DNA of 63,924 bases, counting the filler. It is 5 parts of 5 records of this genome, joined end to end, with 100 filler letters (N's around TTAATTAATTAA, not from the genome) between each part and the next. Parts side by side here need not be neighbours in the genome. Positions count along the whole stretch, not along the records: positions 1 to 9,202 come from SRR31156797_5350; positions 9,303 to 16,822 come from SRR31156797_5361; 3 more parts are not named here. One strand, given 5' to 3'. This document shows, in pieces, positions 1 to 9,329 of this stretch; position 1 is the first letter of the stretch, and each line of letters begins with the position of its first letter. The translations under genes and the position numbers were made by a program. Below the pieces are notes generated by a model. The model had not been told where the DNA came from, searched no databases, and saw only the letters and a program-made list of their open reading frames with translations.

Positions 1-1226
1 TTAAACGAAGGCATTCCAAATCCTTTTTCAATAACGCGCATGCATTCCATCATAAAATTCTGATTGATATTTTTATGAAAACGCACGGAAAGATTGGGTT
101 GGGTAAGTTTCATTTTTCCCACAGAATCAAGAATCAGAAAACTCAGTTCGTTTACGGCATCTTTTCCTTCAGAAGTTTGTCCGCCAATGGTAACATTCTG
201 ATATAGTGGACCACCGGCCGAAAAACGGGTGTGCGACCATGGTCGTATTTTATTGATTGAAAGCAGTTTTATCCATGTGTTTTCGAGTAATTCAGAAGCA
301 AATTCCTCTGAAATTTTGCCCATCATTTTATCGCGTAAATAGAATGGGAAAAGGTACTGGTCTAATCTGCCCAGTGATACACTATGACCGTTACTTTCAA
401 TTTGTAAAACCAGTTGCACAAAATAGGTGAGTTGCAATGCCTGATAAAAATTGGTTGGTGAATTTTCTGCAATAATTTCACAATTTTCTGCAATAGTTTT
501 TAGTTCCTCCTCTCTTTTTGAATCGTCTTCCAATAAACTCATTGAGGTTGCCAAATCGCGAAACCGTTGAATAAAAGTTTGTAATGCTTTTACTGAAATG
601 GTTAAGGAATTGTAAAAATGATCCTTTTTTACACCTTCCATTTCTGTATGATCAACCTGGTTGTGATATTGTTCTATTTCCTGTAAATAACCGTTTAATC
701 CAACCGCTAGAATTTTATAAAAATCGACGGCAATGTGAGCATCGCCCGAGGTTAAATTACCAGTGGCCTTTATAATGGCTGAATCCTGTAAATCCCGCAA
801 TTCCTGCGACATTAGCGCCCGACCTTTGTCCCAAAGAACTTTTCCTTTCCACCATTTGGCAATTTCTGTAAGTTCTTTTTTATGTTCATCGGTAATAAAA
901 AATGCATCGCCGGGGCGTTTGTCGAGTTCATCCATTTCTTCGGGTAGCCAGTCGACTGCATATTCCGGAAAAATGGGTGCTGCACGGTGTTGCGACGACT
1001 GATTCCCAACAATTAGTTCACCGTCATCGATAAAAAGGGTCATCTTTTTAAGCGTTTTTTCCAATGCCAGTGCCCGTTTAATAATAACCGGTTTATCTTC
1101 ATTTTCCTGATAAACCTGTGTGTAAAATTTTGCCCTTTCAGTGCACACCGATGGTCTTGCACTCATTACCTTTTCACGCAGGTTTGCTATTCTTTCTGTA
1201 ACTTTCACCGATTTTTCAGATATCAT
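1..1226 (-). CDS. Glycyl radical enzyme, YbiW/PflF (PFL2-like) subfamily; C-terminal half runs off the window start
   Basis: Not in ORF track (no stop in window). Manual minus-strand translation from ATG at 1226 (1 nt after the activase stop): MISEKSVKVTERIANLREKVMSARPSVCTERA...ELIVGNQSSQHRAAPIFPEYAVDWL...GNLTSGDAHIAV...QIESNGHSVSLGRLDQY...PLYQNVTIGGQ...TQPNLSVR...GFGMPSF. This closely resembles E. coli YbiW as recalled. The Cys and Gly loops lie outside the window. Confidence 0.9.
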   Translation of the reverse strand, partial: MISEKSVKVTERIANLREKVMSARPSVCTERAKFYTQVYQENEDKPVIIKRALALEKTLKKMTLFIDDGELIVGNQSSQHRAAPIFPEYAVDWLPEEMDELDKRPGDAFFITDEHKKELTEIAKWWKGKVLWDKGRALMSQELRDLQDSAIIKATGNLTSGDAHIAVDFYKILAVGLNGYLQEIEQYHNQVDHTEMEGVKKDHFYNSLTISVKALQTFIQRFRDLATSMSLLEDDSKREEELKTIAENCEIIAENSPTNFYQALQLTYFVQLVLQIESNGHSVSLGRLDQYLFPFYLRDKMMGKISEEFASELLENTWIKLLSINKIRPWSHTRFSAGGPLYQNVTIGGQTSEGKDAVNELSFLILDSVGKMKLTQPNLSVRFHKNINQNFMMECMRVIEKGFGMPSF

Positions 1227-1227
1227 T

Positions 1228-2109
1228 TTAACCTCCAATTTTTGTCGTAAATCCTTTTGATTGTGCATATTTCAGATAAGGTTTCAATTCATTATCTTCC
1301 ACCTTTTTTATGTCTTTCATTTTATAATTCATTCCCAGCATTTTGTATTTTTCAGTTCCAAAGGTGTGGTAGGGGAGAAAGTGAATTTCTTTTGCATTTT
1401 TAAGTGACGATACAAAATCTATCATTTCCTTAATTTCCGATTCAGAATGATTAAAACCGGGAATTACCGGAATTCGAATGATATAATTTGCTCCTGAATT
1501 ATCCAGTTTTACAATGTTGGTCATCACCAAACTAACCTCGCCACCCGTGTATTTTTTAAACTTTTCTTTATTGGTGTGTTTTAAGTCTACCAGAAAAGTA
1601 TCTGTTAAATTCAAACAACGCTCTACTTTTTCCCATTTTACATGAAGTGTGGTTTCTATATTCACACCAATGTTTTTTTCTTTTAGTTTTTGAAGGAGTT
1701 CAACCAAATCATCACCCTGCGACAAGGGTTCGCCACCGGAAAGTGTTACACCACCGTTTTCGCGATAGAAAAGTTTGTCTTTTTTAATTTCGGCCAGAAT
1801 TTCATCTGCAGATTTATTTTCACCGGAAACGGTTAAAGCTTTTGAAAGACAAACATCTTTCAAATATTCCGGATTTTGAAGCGATTCTCTGTCGATTGTA
1901 ATTCCGTTATTATCTGTAATGGCTTTATTAGCCAGCAAACAATCGCCAAAGTTTTTGCACAGTTTTTTATCGTAAAAAATAGTGTAACCAAACGACTGAC
2001 TTTCAGGATTGCTGCACCACCAACATTTCAGCGGACAACCTTTGTAAAAGATGATAGTACGGATGCCGTTTCCGTCGTGCGTAGAAAATCGCTGAATATT
2101 AAAAATCAT
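1228..2109 (-). CDS. Glycyl-radical enzyme activating enzyme (radical SAM)
   Basis: IFNIQRFSTHDGNGIRT, CPLKCWWCSNPES (CxxxCxxC), GGVTLSGGEPL, IRIPVIPGFN, LPYH; coupled to the downstream GRE. Confidence 0.95.
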   Translation of the reverse strand: MIFNIQRFSTHDGNGIRTIIFYKGCPLKCWWCSNPESQSFGYTIFYDKKLCKNFGDCLLANKAITDNNGITIDRESLQNPEYLKDVCLSKALTVSGENKSADEILAEIKKDKLFYRENGGVTLSGGEPLSQGDDLVELLQKLKEKNIGVNIETTLHVKWEKVERCLNLTDTFLVDLKHTNKEKFKKYTGGEVSLVMTNIVKLDNSGANYIIRIPVIPGFNHSESEIKEMIDFVSSLKNAKEIHFLPYHTFGTEKYKMLGMNYKMKDIKKVEDNELKPYLKYAQSKGFTTKIGG

Positions 2110-2140
2110 GGTCAGTTTTTTTACTTCGATTTTTGTTTTA

Positions 2141-2185
2141 CAAAGATAAAATAATTTTCAAATGAAAGTAGATTTGCTTTCGTTT
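2141..2185 (-). promoter_or_regulatory. Putative Bacteroidota promoter (-7 box TATCTTTG) with an upstream inverted-repeat operator
   Basis: Minus strand TATCTTTG (TAnnTTTG) at 2148-2141; imperfect palindrome AAATGAAAG-TAGATTTG-CTTTCGTTT at 2160-2185. Confidence 0.5.
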
Positions 2186-2219
2186 AAAAATGAATGTTGT
2201 TTAAGAGCATGTAATTCAT

Positions 2220-2260
2220 AAAAAAAACCGTCTCAACATTTACCCTGAAACGGTTTTTTT
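2220..2260 (-). terminator. Intrinsic terminator after the GH43 gene
   Basis: AAAAAAACCGTCTCA...TGAAACGGTTTTTTT inverted repeat with A/T tails. Confidence 0.7.
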
Positions 2261-2322
2261 AAATAAGAATATAATGTATTGTAATTAAATCTACCTAAAA
2301 TTCACTTGAGAATCGTACTTTT

Positions 2323-3978
2323 TTAAAATCCTGGAAATTCATTATTTTGATTTTGAGGTGGCTCATTAGCAATGTATTCAAACCAATTATAATCGGCAGG
2401 TGTTTTTGAAATTTCACCGTTTCCGGTTGCATAAAGACCAATATATGTTCCTGTAAATCCACCAGCAGTTTCTGAACTTAAGAATTTGGAACCCACAGTT
2501 TCAATATCTTTATACTCATTATTCCCTTGAGCGTATGAAAATGTAAATGATGTTCTTTCTCCTTTTATCCTTAAATTAACCGGACCAGGATTTAGTATAA
2601 TTTCTTTAGATTTATATACTATCTGCTCAAATTGTAATTCTACTACAAGAATTCTATCTGTTCCTTTTTTATTGATAATAATATCAAAATGGGCTCCATT
2701 ATTAAGCAATACCATGCCAGCTTTTTCATTATCTTTTTGTGGCTCATATTCTAGTTGCGTAGTTGCAGTAAAATAGAAGTCTTTTAGTCTTCTTCCCACG
2801 AAAGTTGGAGATTCTCGTTCTCCTAATTTAATTTCAGATCCTTTTAAGCGCAAATAACCGCTTCGTTCATTCAGAGAAAAATTTCTTTCCTCGGGAAGTT
2901 GCACGTAATTCCAGTCCAATCCAAGTTCATTAGTATCAAAATCAATGCGGGATGGTTTTTTTGCAAAAGGTTGTAATGGAAGGGTAGGACAAGTCATGTC
3001 AATGGTAGCTGTTCCATTTCCGTTTACAACTGGCCAGCCGTTTTTAGGCCATGTAACAGGAGCCAGACAAGTTTCTCTGCCTAGAATATGATGAGGTTTT
3101 CCTCCACTTCCTGTTGAACGATAACCGTGAAACATAATCCACCAGGAATCGTCGTGAGCCTGAATAATATCGGCATGCCCTAAACCTTGTATAGGAAGTC
3201 CCTGGCCTGCAGCATTACAATTAGTTAGAATAGGATTTGAAGGATTTTCCGTATATGGCCCCCAAATGCTATTACTACGTGCAATTGTTTCCGAGTGAGC
3301 CTCTTCCGTGCCTCCCTCGGCTGCCACTAAATAGTAGAATCCATCTTTTTTGTAAATATGTGGACCCTCTGCATATCTGCCTCCTGCACCATTCCAAATC
3401 TTATGCCCTTCGGTGAGTAATTCACCCGTTTCAATATTTATTTCAAAAAGTTCAAAGGGTGAAGAAATTACATAGGTTTTACCATCATCATCCCAGAAAA
3501 GATCAGGATCGATTCCCGGGATATCTTTTAACCATATTGGATCGGACCAGGGACCGGCCGGATTAGTTGCTGTAACAAAGAAGTTACTCATGCCTCCTGC
3601 CAAATTAGTCGTTATCATATAAAATATCCCTTCATGATATCGAATAGTAGCTGCAAAAATATTAATGCCGTTTGGTAATTGTTCTTTACGATGTATACAA
3701 TGTCCAATTTGTTCCCAGTTTACCAAATCTTTACTGTGAAAAACCGGAACCCCCGGGAAATATTCAAATGTACTTGATATTAGGTAATAATCATCTCCAA
3801 CTCTGCAAACACTGGGATCAGAGTAAAAACCGGGAATGACCGGGTTATTATATGTAATAGTAGCATCTGGATCAGCAATAGCAGCGAAGGGATTTCCTCC
3901 GTTAAAGCCTTGTGCAAATATGTAAGAACTAAATAATATTGTGAGTGAACACAATAAATATTTTTTTTTCATTTTCAT
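2323..3978 (-). CDS. Secreted GH43 glycoside hydrolase (beta-xylosidase/arabinofuranosidase type) with C-terminal beta-sandwich domain
   Basis: Signal peptide; NPVIPGFYSDPSVCRVGDDYY, GIDPDLFWDDDG, AEGPHIYK, GHAD, LGRET, GGFTG motifs. Confidence 0.93.
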   Translation of the reverse strand: MKMKKKYLLCSLTILFSSYIFAQGFNGGNPFAAIADPDATITYNNPVIPGFYSDPSVCRVGDDYYLISSTFEYFPGVPVFHSKDLVNWEQIGHCIHRKEQLPNGINIFAATIRYHEGIFYMITTNLAGGMSNFFVTATNPAGPWSDPIWLKDIPGIDPDLFWDDDGKTYVISSPFELFEINIETGELLTEGHKIWNGAGGRYAEGPHIYKKDGFYYLVAAEGGTEEAHSETIARSNSIWGPYTENPSNPILTNCNAAGQGLPIQGLGHADIIQAHDDSWWIMFHGYRSTGSGGKPHHILGRETCLAPVTWPKNGWPVVNGNGTATIDMTCPTLPLQPFAKKPSRIDFDTNELGLDWNYVQLPEERNFSLNERSGYLRLKGSEIKLGERESPTFVGRRLKDFYFTATTQLEYEPQKDNEKAGMVLLNNGAHFDIIINKKGTDRILVVELQFEQIVYKSKEIILNPGPVNLRIKGERTSFTFSYAQGNNEYKDIETVGSKFLSSETAGGFTGTYIGLYATGNGEISKTPADYNWFEYIANEPPQNQNNEFPGF

Positions 3979-4049
3979 TTTTTAAAATTTAATTAAACAA
4001 AACATTTAGTTTTATATCTTTTAATGCAAGAATTAAAGACATTTTGCTA

Positions 4050-4087
4050 AAAAAGACTCCGAATAATATTGTAGTTTGAGTCTTTTT
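4050..4087 (-). terminator. Stem-loop/terminator between susD and GH43
   Basis: AAAAAGACTC...GAGTCTTTTT inverted repeat. Confidence 0.5.
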
Positions 4088-4095
4088 ATATTAGA

Positions 4096-5799
4096 CTAAT
4101 ATCCATTATTTTGCTGAAGAAAATTTATACCCTGATCATCCTTTCCCATGGTTTGTATTTCAGTTAAAGGTATAGGATAATAAATGCGGAATTCTTCAAA
4201 TGTTTCTGCCTGGTCGTAATGACTGATGTACTGTTTTTCGTAGTTGGTAAAAGCATCCAGCTCTTGTTTTGCATAAGTACTTCCCCAACGGGCCAGGTCA
4301 TAAAAACGATGACCTTCCAGTGCAAATTCAAGTTTGCGTTCGTAACGGATAGCTTTTAATGCGTTATCTTTAGCACCGAATTGTGACTCAGTATAAGTCC
4401 CAATTAAAAAATTGGCTGCATCTTCTCCGTTGTCTAAAGTTACTACATTGTTTGCTGCTCTAGTTCTTATCATATTAACATATTGTCTGGCTTCTTCTGG
4501 TTTCCCATTTTCAGCAAGGCATTCAGCATACATTAATATCACATCTGCAAGACGAATAACATGATAGTTCATAGTGTTAGATAATGTTGCTCCTCCACCA
4601 TCAGCACCCCAGTGAAGCATTTTATTCACATAAAATGGACCTCCGTAAGTCATATCCCTAATGTGAAAAGGTTGCCACATACCATAATCTTTAACAGGCA
4701 TGCCAGGTCTTGCTACTGTCCAGTCTAAACGAGGATCCACAGCAATCGATAAATCAGAGTTGGCATTTCCATCATTTACAGTAGTAACACTTGTCATATT
4801 TCTGTAGCTATTGTCCAGATAAGGCAATCCGTCTTCATTGACTTGGTACGAATTTACTAAATCAAAAGAAGGATGATAAAATCCAAAGCCACTAAATGGA
4901 GGAAACAAGCCTAATGGCCAACAAAAAATCCAACCGTTATTACTAAAAGAGTTTGCGGCATCTGTAAAATGATTAATTGAAAAAATAGCTTCAGAATTTG
5001 ATGCTTCGGTTGCAATTCGATAAACATCAGAAAATTTTTCCATTAATTTGTAATCAGTCCCAGTTGATGTAGCACCATTATCGATTATATCTTTCAAAAT
5101 AGGTTCTGCTGCAGTGAAATTGGATTGATATAAGTAAACTTTTGCAAGAAGTGCTTTTGCAGCCCAAAAGTTAGCGCGTCCTGCTCCAGTAATTTCAGGA
5201 AGGTTGCTCATTGCACTTTCCAGATCGGCAATAATATATGGATAAATATCCTCGTTATTATATAATTTAGGATCGTTTTCCTTAATTGTCTCATCTACAA
5301 AAGGTACATAATGAAAAGATTTTCTTAATTCAAAATATCCATATGCACGAAGAAACTTTAGTTCACCAGTTTTTTCAGCAATAAAATCTTCGGCTAAATT
5401 TTCTGATTTATTAATAGTTTTAATAATTGAATTTGCTTTTGCAATAAGATCGTAAATATTTGACCATTTAGATAAAATATAACCATTTGAGGAGGTAACA
5501 TTATATAGTTCAAAATACATCAGATCAGGTTGGTCGGATGCAGCACTTGCTTTATTGGCATCACCACCGGCAACACTTCCTGAAGCCCAATTTACGTATG
5601 TGTCGTCCAGTAATCCTCCTGGAGCTAATGAAGAATAAACAGATGTTATTAACAATTCAATTCCATCTTCATTTTGAAATGCAACTTCATCTAAACTGCC
5701 TTGTGGGCGTGTTTCAAGAAAATCCTCACATCCTGTTAATAAAAGGACAAGAGTAAAAATTAATATAGATAAATATGATTTTTTCATTTTTACTTTCAT
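4096..5799 (-). CDS. susD: RagB/SusD family outer membrane lipoprotein
   Basis: Lipobox LTGC; GELKFLRAYGYF, AAKALLAKVYLY, IRLADVILMYAE, ERKLEFALEGHRFYDLARW, YPIP; follows susC. Confidence 0.95.
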   Translation of the reverse strand: MKVKMKKSYLSILIFTLVLLLTGCEDFLETRPQGSLDEVAFQNEDGIELLITSVYSSLAPGGLLDDTYVNWASGSVAGGDANKASAASDQPDLMYFELYNVTSSNGYILSKWSNIYDLIAKANSIIKTINKSENLAEDFIAEKTGELKFLRAYGYFELRKSFHYVPFVDETIKENDPKLYNNEDIYPYIIADLESAMSNLPEITGAGRANFWAAKALLAKVYLYQSNFTAAEPILKDIIDNGATSTGTDYKLMEKFSDVYRIATEASNSEAIFSINHFTDAANSFSNNGWIFCWPLGLFPPFSGFGFYHPSFDLVNSYQVNEDGLPYLDNSYRNMTSVTTVNDGNANSDLSIAVDPRLDWTVARPGMPVKDYGMWQPFHIRDMTYGGPFYVNKMLHWGADGGGATLSNTMNYHVIRLADVILMYAECLAENGKPEEARQYVNMIRTRAANNVVTLDNGEDAANFLIGTYTESQFGAKDNALKAIRYERKLEFALEGHRFYDLARWGSTYAKQELDAFTNYEKQYISHYDQAETFEEFRIYYPIPLTEIQTMGKDDQGINFLQQNNGY

Positions 5800-5814
5800 T
5801 TTAAGTTTAAATTT

Positions 5815-8800
5815 TTATAAGTTCAATGTTACTCCAAAAATAACCTGTCTTGCCGCTGGCCAGTATCCTCCATCAATTCCTTTATTTAAGTCACCAGAAC
5901 TACTTTCGGTTGACTGGTTCCCAATTTCAGGATCTAATCCTTTATATTTTGTGAAGGTCAGAAAGTTTGAACCTTGAACATAAAATCGAACTTTATTAAT
6001 ATTAATCTTTTGAGTTAAGCTGGCTGGTAAAGTATAGCCAAGCGACAGATTTTTTAATTTTAGAAACGAGCCATCTTCTACATAAGCACTATGTGAACCA
6101 GCAATAGTGGCCACATCCTGCGCATCGAGAATTGGAAGTGATGCATCTTTATGTTCAGGAGTCCAGGAGTCATACAGAACATCTTTTGAACGAGCACCTG
6201 TTAAAATTCCATAGTCAGTATATTGTTTAAATAAACGATAAATGTCATTTCCAACAGAGGCATACCAATACATGTTCAAATCGAAGTTTTTATATGAAAT
6301 ATTGGTATTGATGCTTGCAGTAAAATCTGGGTGAGGATTACCAATTGTAGTCATGTCATTCCCATCAATTCTTCCATCATCATTTGTATCTTCATAAATA
6401 TATTTTCCAACCCATTCTCCGGGTATTAAATTTTCAGTAGTTGACATACCGTAAGGAAGGACTGTTGCTCCGGCTGAATTCCTATAATTTAAGACTTCAG
6501 TTTCGTCATCGTAAAAACCAAGTATATTCCATCCGTAAAACATACCAATAGGTTCACCTTTCATCGTTCGGTTAATATTGCCCATTCTGCCAGTGGCACC
6601 GTACAGAACATAGTTTTCGTTATCAGAAAGTTTTGTAACCTTATTTCTGTACATGCTGTATATTCCTGTTACTTCATAGCTTAAATCGCTGTTGATATTC
6701 TTCCGATAAGTAAGAGATAATTCAAATCCTTTATTCAGCATGCTTCCAATATTAATAAATGGGGCACTTGCACTACCCGCTAATGAACTATAGCTTGCCC
6801 TTGTTAACATGTCTGTTGTTTCTTTAATAAAATAATCCATATTAACCTCGAGGCCATAGTTAAATAAAATAAGATCCAGTCCGGCATTCAACATTCTACT
6901 GGTTTCCCATTTTGTATTCTGATTACTATATGTACTCATATAGTACCCCGCTGTACTACTGTAGTTTGCGTTACTGTAGTCGTAGTATGATTGGCTTACA
7001 CTTGAACTGTATTGACTTGCCCAGTTATAAGGTTCTGGAATTTCTGAATTACCTGTAACTCCGTATCCCAATCTCCATTTAAAATTATCGATCCAGGTGA
7101 AATCTTGCATAAAATTTTCTTCCGACATTCTCCAACCTAAACTAAGAGCAGGGAAATAACCATAACGTTCTGATTTGGCAAATCTTGAAGAGCCATCTCT
7201 TCTTAATGTTGCAGTAACCATGTATTTGTTAGCAAGAGTATAATCAACACGACCAAAGAAACTTAAAAATTTCACTTCGCCATTAAAATAACTTGAGTTG
7301 GTTGAACTTGAAACATCTCCGTTGTCTAATATCCAAGTATTTGTATCATCCTCAAACAAAAAGTTTTGTCGGGCTGCAGTTAGAGTTCTTCCAATTCCGT
7401 CTTTAATGGATTCATTACCTAACAGAACGGTAATATTGTGATTGTCAAATGATTTTTTATATGTTAAAGTATTACTAAATACCCATCTCATATTACTGTA
7501 GGCACTTTCCGATAACGATGTTGAACCTGATCCTGAAGTCCAGGGTTCATGACGACTCATAACAACAGAAGATAGGTTCCTGTAATCAATTCCGAAGCTC
7601 GTACGAAACATTAGATCTTTTGAAAAATCTATCTCCGCAAACATATTTCCAAGCATTCTTACATTTTTATACCTGTTGTCTTTATCAAGAAATGTTTCTG
7701 CATAAACATTAGATGTTGCACCAGTTGAAGTTCCCAGATTTCCGGCAAAATTCCCTGTGATATCATACATTGGAATATAAGGAACTACCATCATTGCACG
7801 ACCTATCGGGCCTGCATCTGTTGAAGTCGAATTACGATTATTATATGTAGCCATTGAAGCAGTCAGGTTTTCGCCAATACGTATATTGTTACCAATATTA
7901 AATTGAGTATTAATCCGTAAAGAATATCTGTCGTAATATGAAAATTTAACTGTTCCTTCCTGGTTGAAATAATTTAATCCCATAGAATATGTCCCTTTAT
8001 CATTTCCGCCAACAAGTGAAAGTTGATGATTCTGAATTGGTGCCGCCTGGGTAATTTCGTTAAACCAGTTGGTGCCTGCTTTATTTGTTTTTGTAATTCG
8101 GTTTGTTAATGCATTATAATCAGATAGTAGTGTTCCCGGATCACCTTCCATTGCTCCTGACGGTATTATGTAATCAGGAAGGTTGAAAGTTCCAGTCCCA
8201 AACTGTGCATGCGTTGGAACAGTAGTTTGTCTGCGAAGATTTATTCCATTGGTTATCATTTGATACTCAGATTCCATCCATTCTTCAGAATTTAAAAGGT
8301 CGTAACCTTTTGTTAATTTCTGAATTCCATAATATCCGTCGTAGGTTAATTTTGGTTCACCGGTTTTGGTGCCCTTTTTAGTGGTTATAATAATTACGCC
8401 ATTTGCAGCCTGAGCACCATAAATTGATGCAGATGAAGCATCTTTTAATACCTGAATTGATTCAATATCATTAGGATTTATGTTACTCATATCCTGATCA
8501 CGTGTCGAAACACCGTCGATTACATAAAGCGGGCTATTGTCATTCACAGATCCGATTCCACGAATTCGAATTGTATTTACCGAACCGGGTGCACCCGATG
8601 AGCCAACTGTCAAGCCAGCTGCCCTACCCTGTAACTGACCGGTAAAAGAAGCTGACGGCGTTGAAAGAAGTTCTTCTGTTTTAACAATTGCAATCGAGCC
8701 GGTGATGTCTTTTTTGGCTTGCGTGGTATAACCAATTGCAACAACTTCTTCAATTCCAATAGTTTCTTCTTCAAGAGTTATATTAATTACCGCTTGCTGA

Positions 8801-9201
8801 CCTACTTCAATTTCCTGCATTTTCATTCCTACAAAGGAAAATTGAAGAATTGTATTTTCTGCTATTCCTGAAATGGAAAAATTGCCATCAAAATCGGTAA
8901 TTGTACCATTGGTAGTCCCTTTAACAACTACCGTAACTCCCGGAAGCGGTTGCCCCGATGAATCGGTGACTTTTCCTGAAATGGTTTTTTGTTGCTGACT
9001 AAAGGAAGGATCGCTAAAATCATTAAATCCATCATCATGAATAATTATTAACCGGTTATTCAAAGTGTAAGTGATGTTAGTCCCTTCAATAACATTTTCA
9101 AGAATATTTTTTACGGTTTCATTCCTGAAATCAACATCTACTTTTTTACTTAAATCAACTTGTTTAAGGTTATAAATGAATGAAAATTCAGATTGATCTT
9201 C
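5815..9201 (-). CDS. susC: SusC/RagA TonB-dependent transporter with N-terminal STN domain; 5' end cut by contig edge
   Basis: ISGKVTD..LPGVTV, PLYVIDG, DIESIQVLKDASSASIYGAQAANGVIIITTK, RRDGSSRF, KWET. The frame stays open upstream of 9063 to the contig end (EDQSEFSFIYN...VDFRNETVKNIL, STN-like). Confidence 0.95.
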   Translation of the reverse strand, partial: EDQSEFSFIYNLKQVDLSKKVDVDFRNETVKNILENVIEGTNITYTLNNRLIIIHDDGFNDFSDPSFSQQQKTISGKVTDSSGQPLPGVTVVVKGTTNGTITDFDGNFSISGIAENTILQFSFVGMKMQEIEVGQQAVINITLEEETIGIEEVVAIGYTTQAKKDITGSIAIVKTEELLSTPSASFTGQLQGRAAGLTVGSSGAPGSVNTIRIRGIGSVNDNSPLYVIDGVSTRDQDMSNINPNDIESIQVLKDASSASIYGAQAANGVIIITTKKGTKTGEPKLTYDGYYGIQKLTKGYDLLNSEEWMESEYQMITNGINLRRQTTVPTHAQFGTGTFNLPDYIIPSGAMEGDPGTLLSDYNALTNRITKTNKAGTNWFNEITQAAPIQNHQLSLVGGNDKGTYSMGLNYFNQEGTVKFSYYDRYSLRINTQFNIGNNIRIGENLTASMATYNNRNSTSTDAGPIGRAMMVVPYIPMYDITGNFAGNLGTSTGATSNVYAETFLDKDNRYKNVRMLGNMFAEIDFSKDLMFRTSFGIDYRNLSSVVMSRHEPWTSGSGSTSLSESAYSNMRWVFSNTLTYKKSFDNHNITVLLGNESIKDGIGRTLTAARQNFLFEDDTNTWILDNGDVSSSTNSSYFNGEVKFLSFFGRVDYTLANKYMVTATLRRDGSSRFAKSERYGYFPALSLGWRMSEENFMQDFTWIDNFKWRLGYGVTGNSEIPEPYNWASQYSSSVSQSYYDYSNANYSSTAGYYMSTYSNQNTKWETSRMLNAGLDLILFNYGLEVNMDYFIKETTDMLTRASYSSLAGSASAPFINIGSMLNKGFELSLTYRKNINSDLSYEVTGIYSMYRNKVTKLSDNENYVLYGATGRMGNINRTMKGEPIGMFYGWNILGFYDDETEVLNYRNSAGATVLPYGMSTTENLIPGEWVGKYIYEDTNDDGRIDGNDMTTIGNPHPDFTASINTNISYKNFDLNMYWYASVGNDIYRLFKQYTDYGILTGARSKDVLYDSWTPEHKDASLPILDAQDVATIAGSHSAYVEDGSFLKLKNLSLGYTLPASLTQKININKVRFYVQGSNFLTFTKYKGLDPEIGNQSTESSSGDLNKGIDGGYWPAARQVIFGVTLNL

Positions 9202-9202
9202 A

Positions 9203-9302
9203 NNNNNNNNNNNNNNNNNNNNNNNNNNNNNNNNNNNNNNNNNNNNTTAATTAATTAANNNNNNNNNNNNNNNNNNNNNNNNNNNNNNNNNNNNNNNNNN
9301 NN
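9203..9302. other. Artificial contig spacer
   Basis: 44 N + TTAATTAATTAA (stops in all six frames) + 44 N; composition and gene style change across it. Confidence 0.98.
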
Positions 9303-9329
9303 GTGATGTTCATGAACATCACCCCTTTC

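Noticed and set aside
584-1012. Short ORFs 584-775, 763-1002 and 812-1012, and the many other short ORFs nested in long genes
   Set aside because: Alternate-frame or antisense shadows of well-supported genes (here the glycyl radical enzyme)
9247-9258. TTAATTAATTAA recurring four times in the window
   Set aside because: Synthetic six-frame stop linker inside N runs, not biological
9303-9322. Perfect 20-bp palindrome GTGATGTTCATGAACATCAC
   Set aside because: Sits exactly at a contig edge over a likely next start codon; cannot be separated from an assembly artefact or chance
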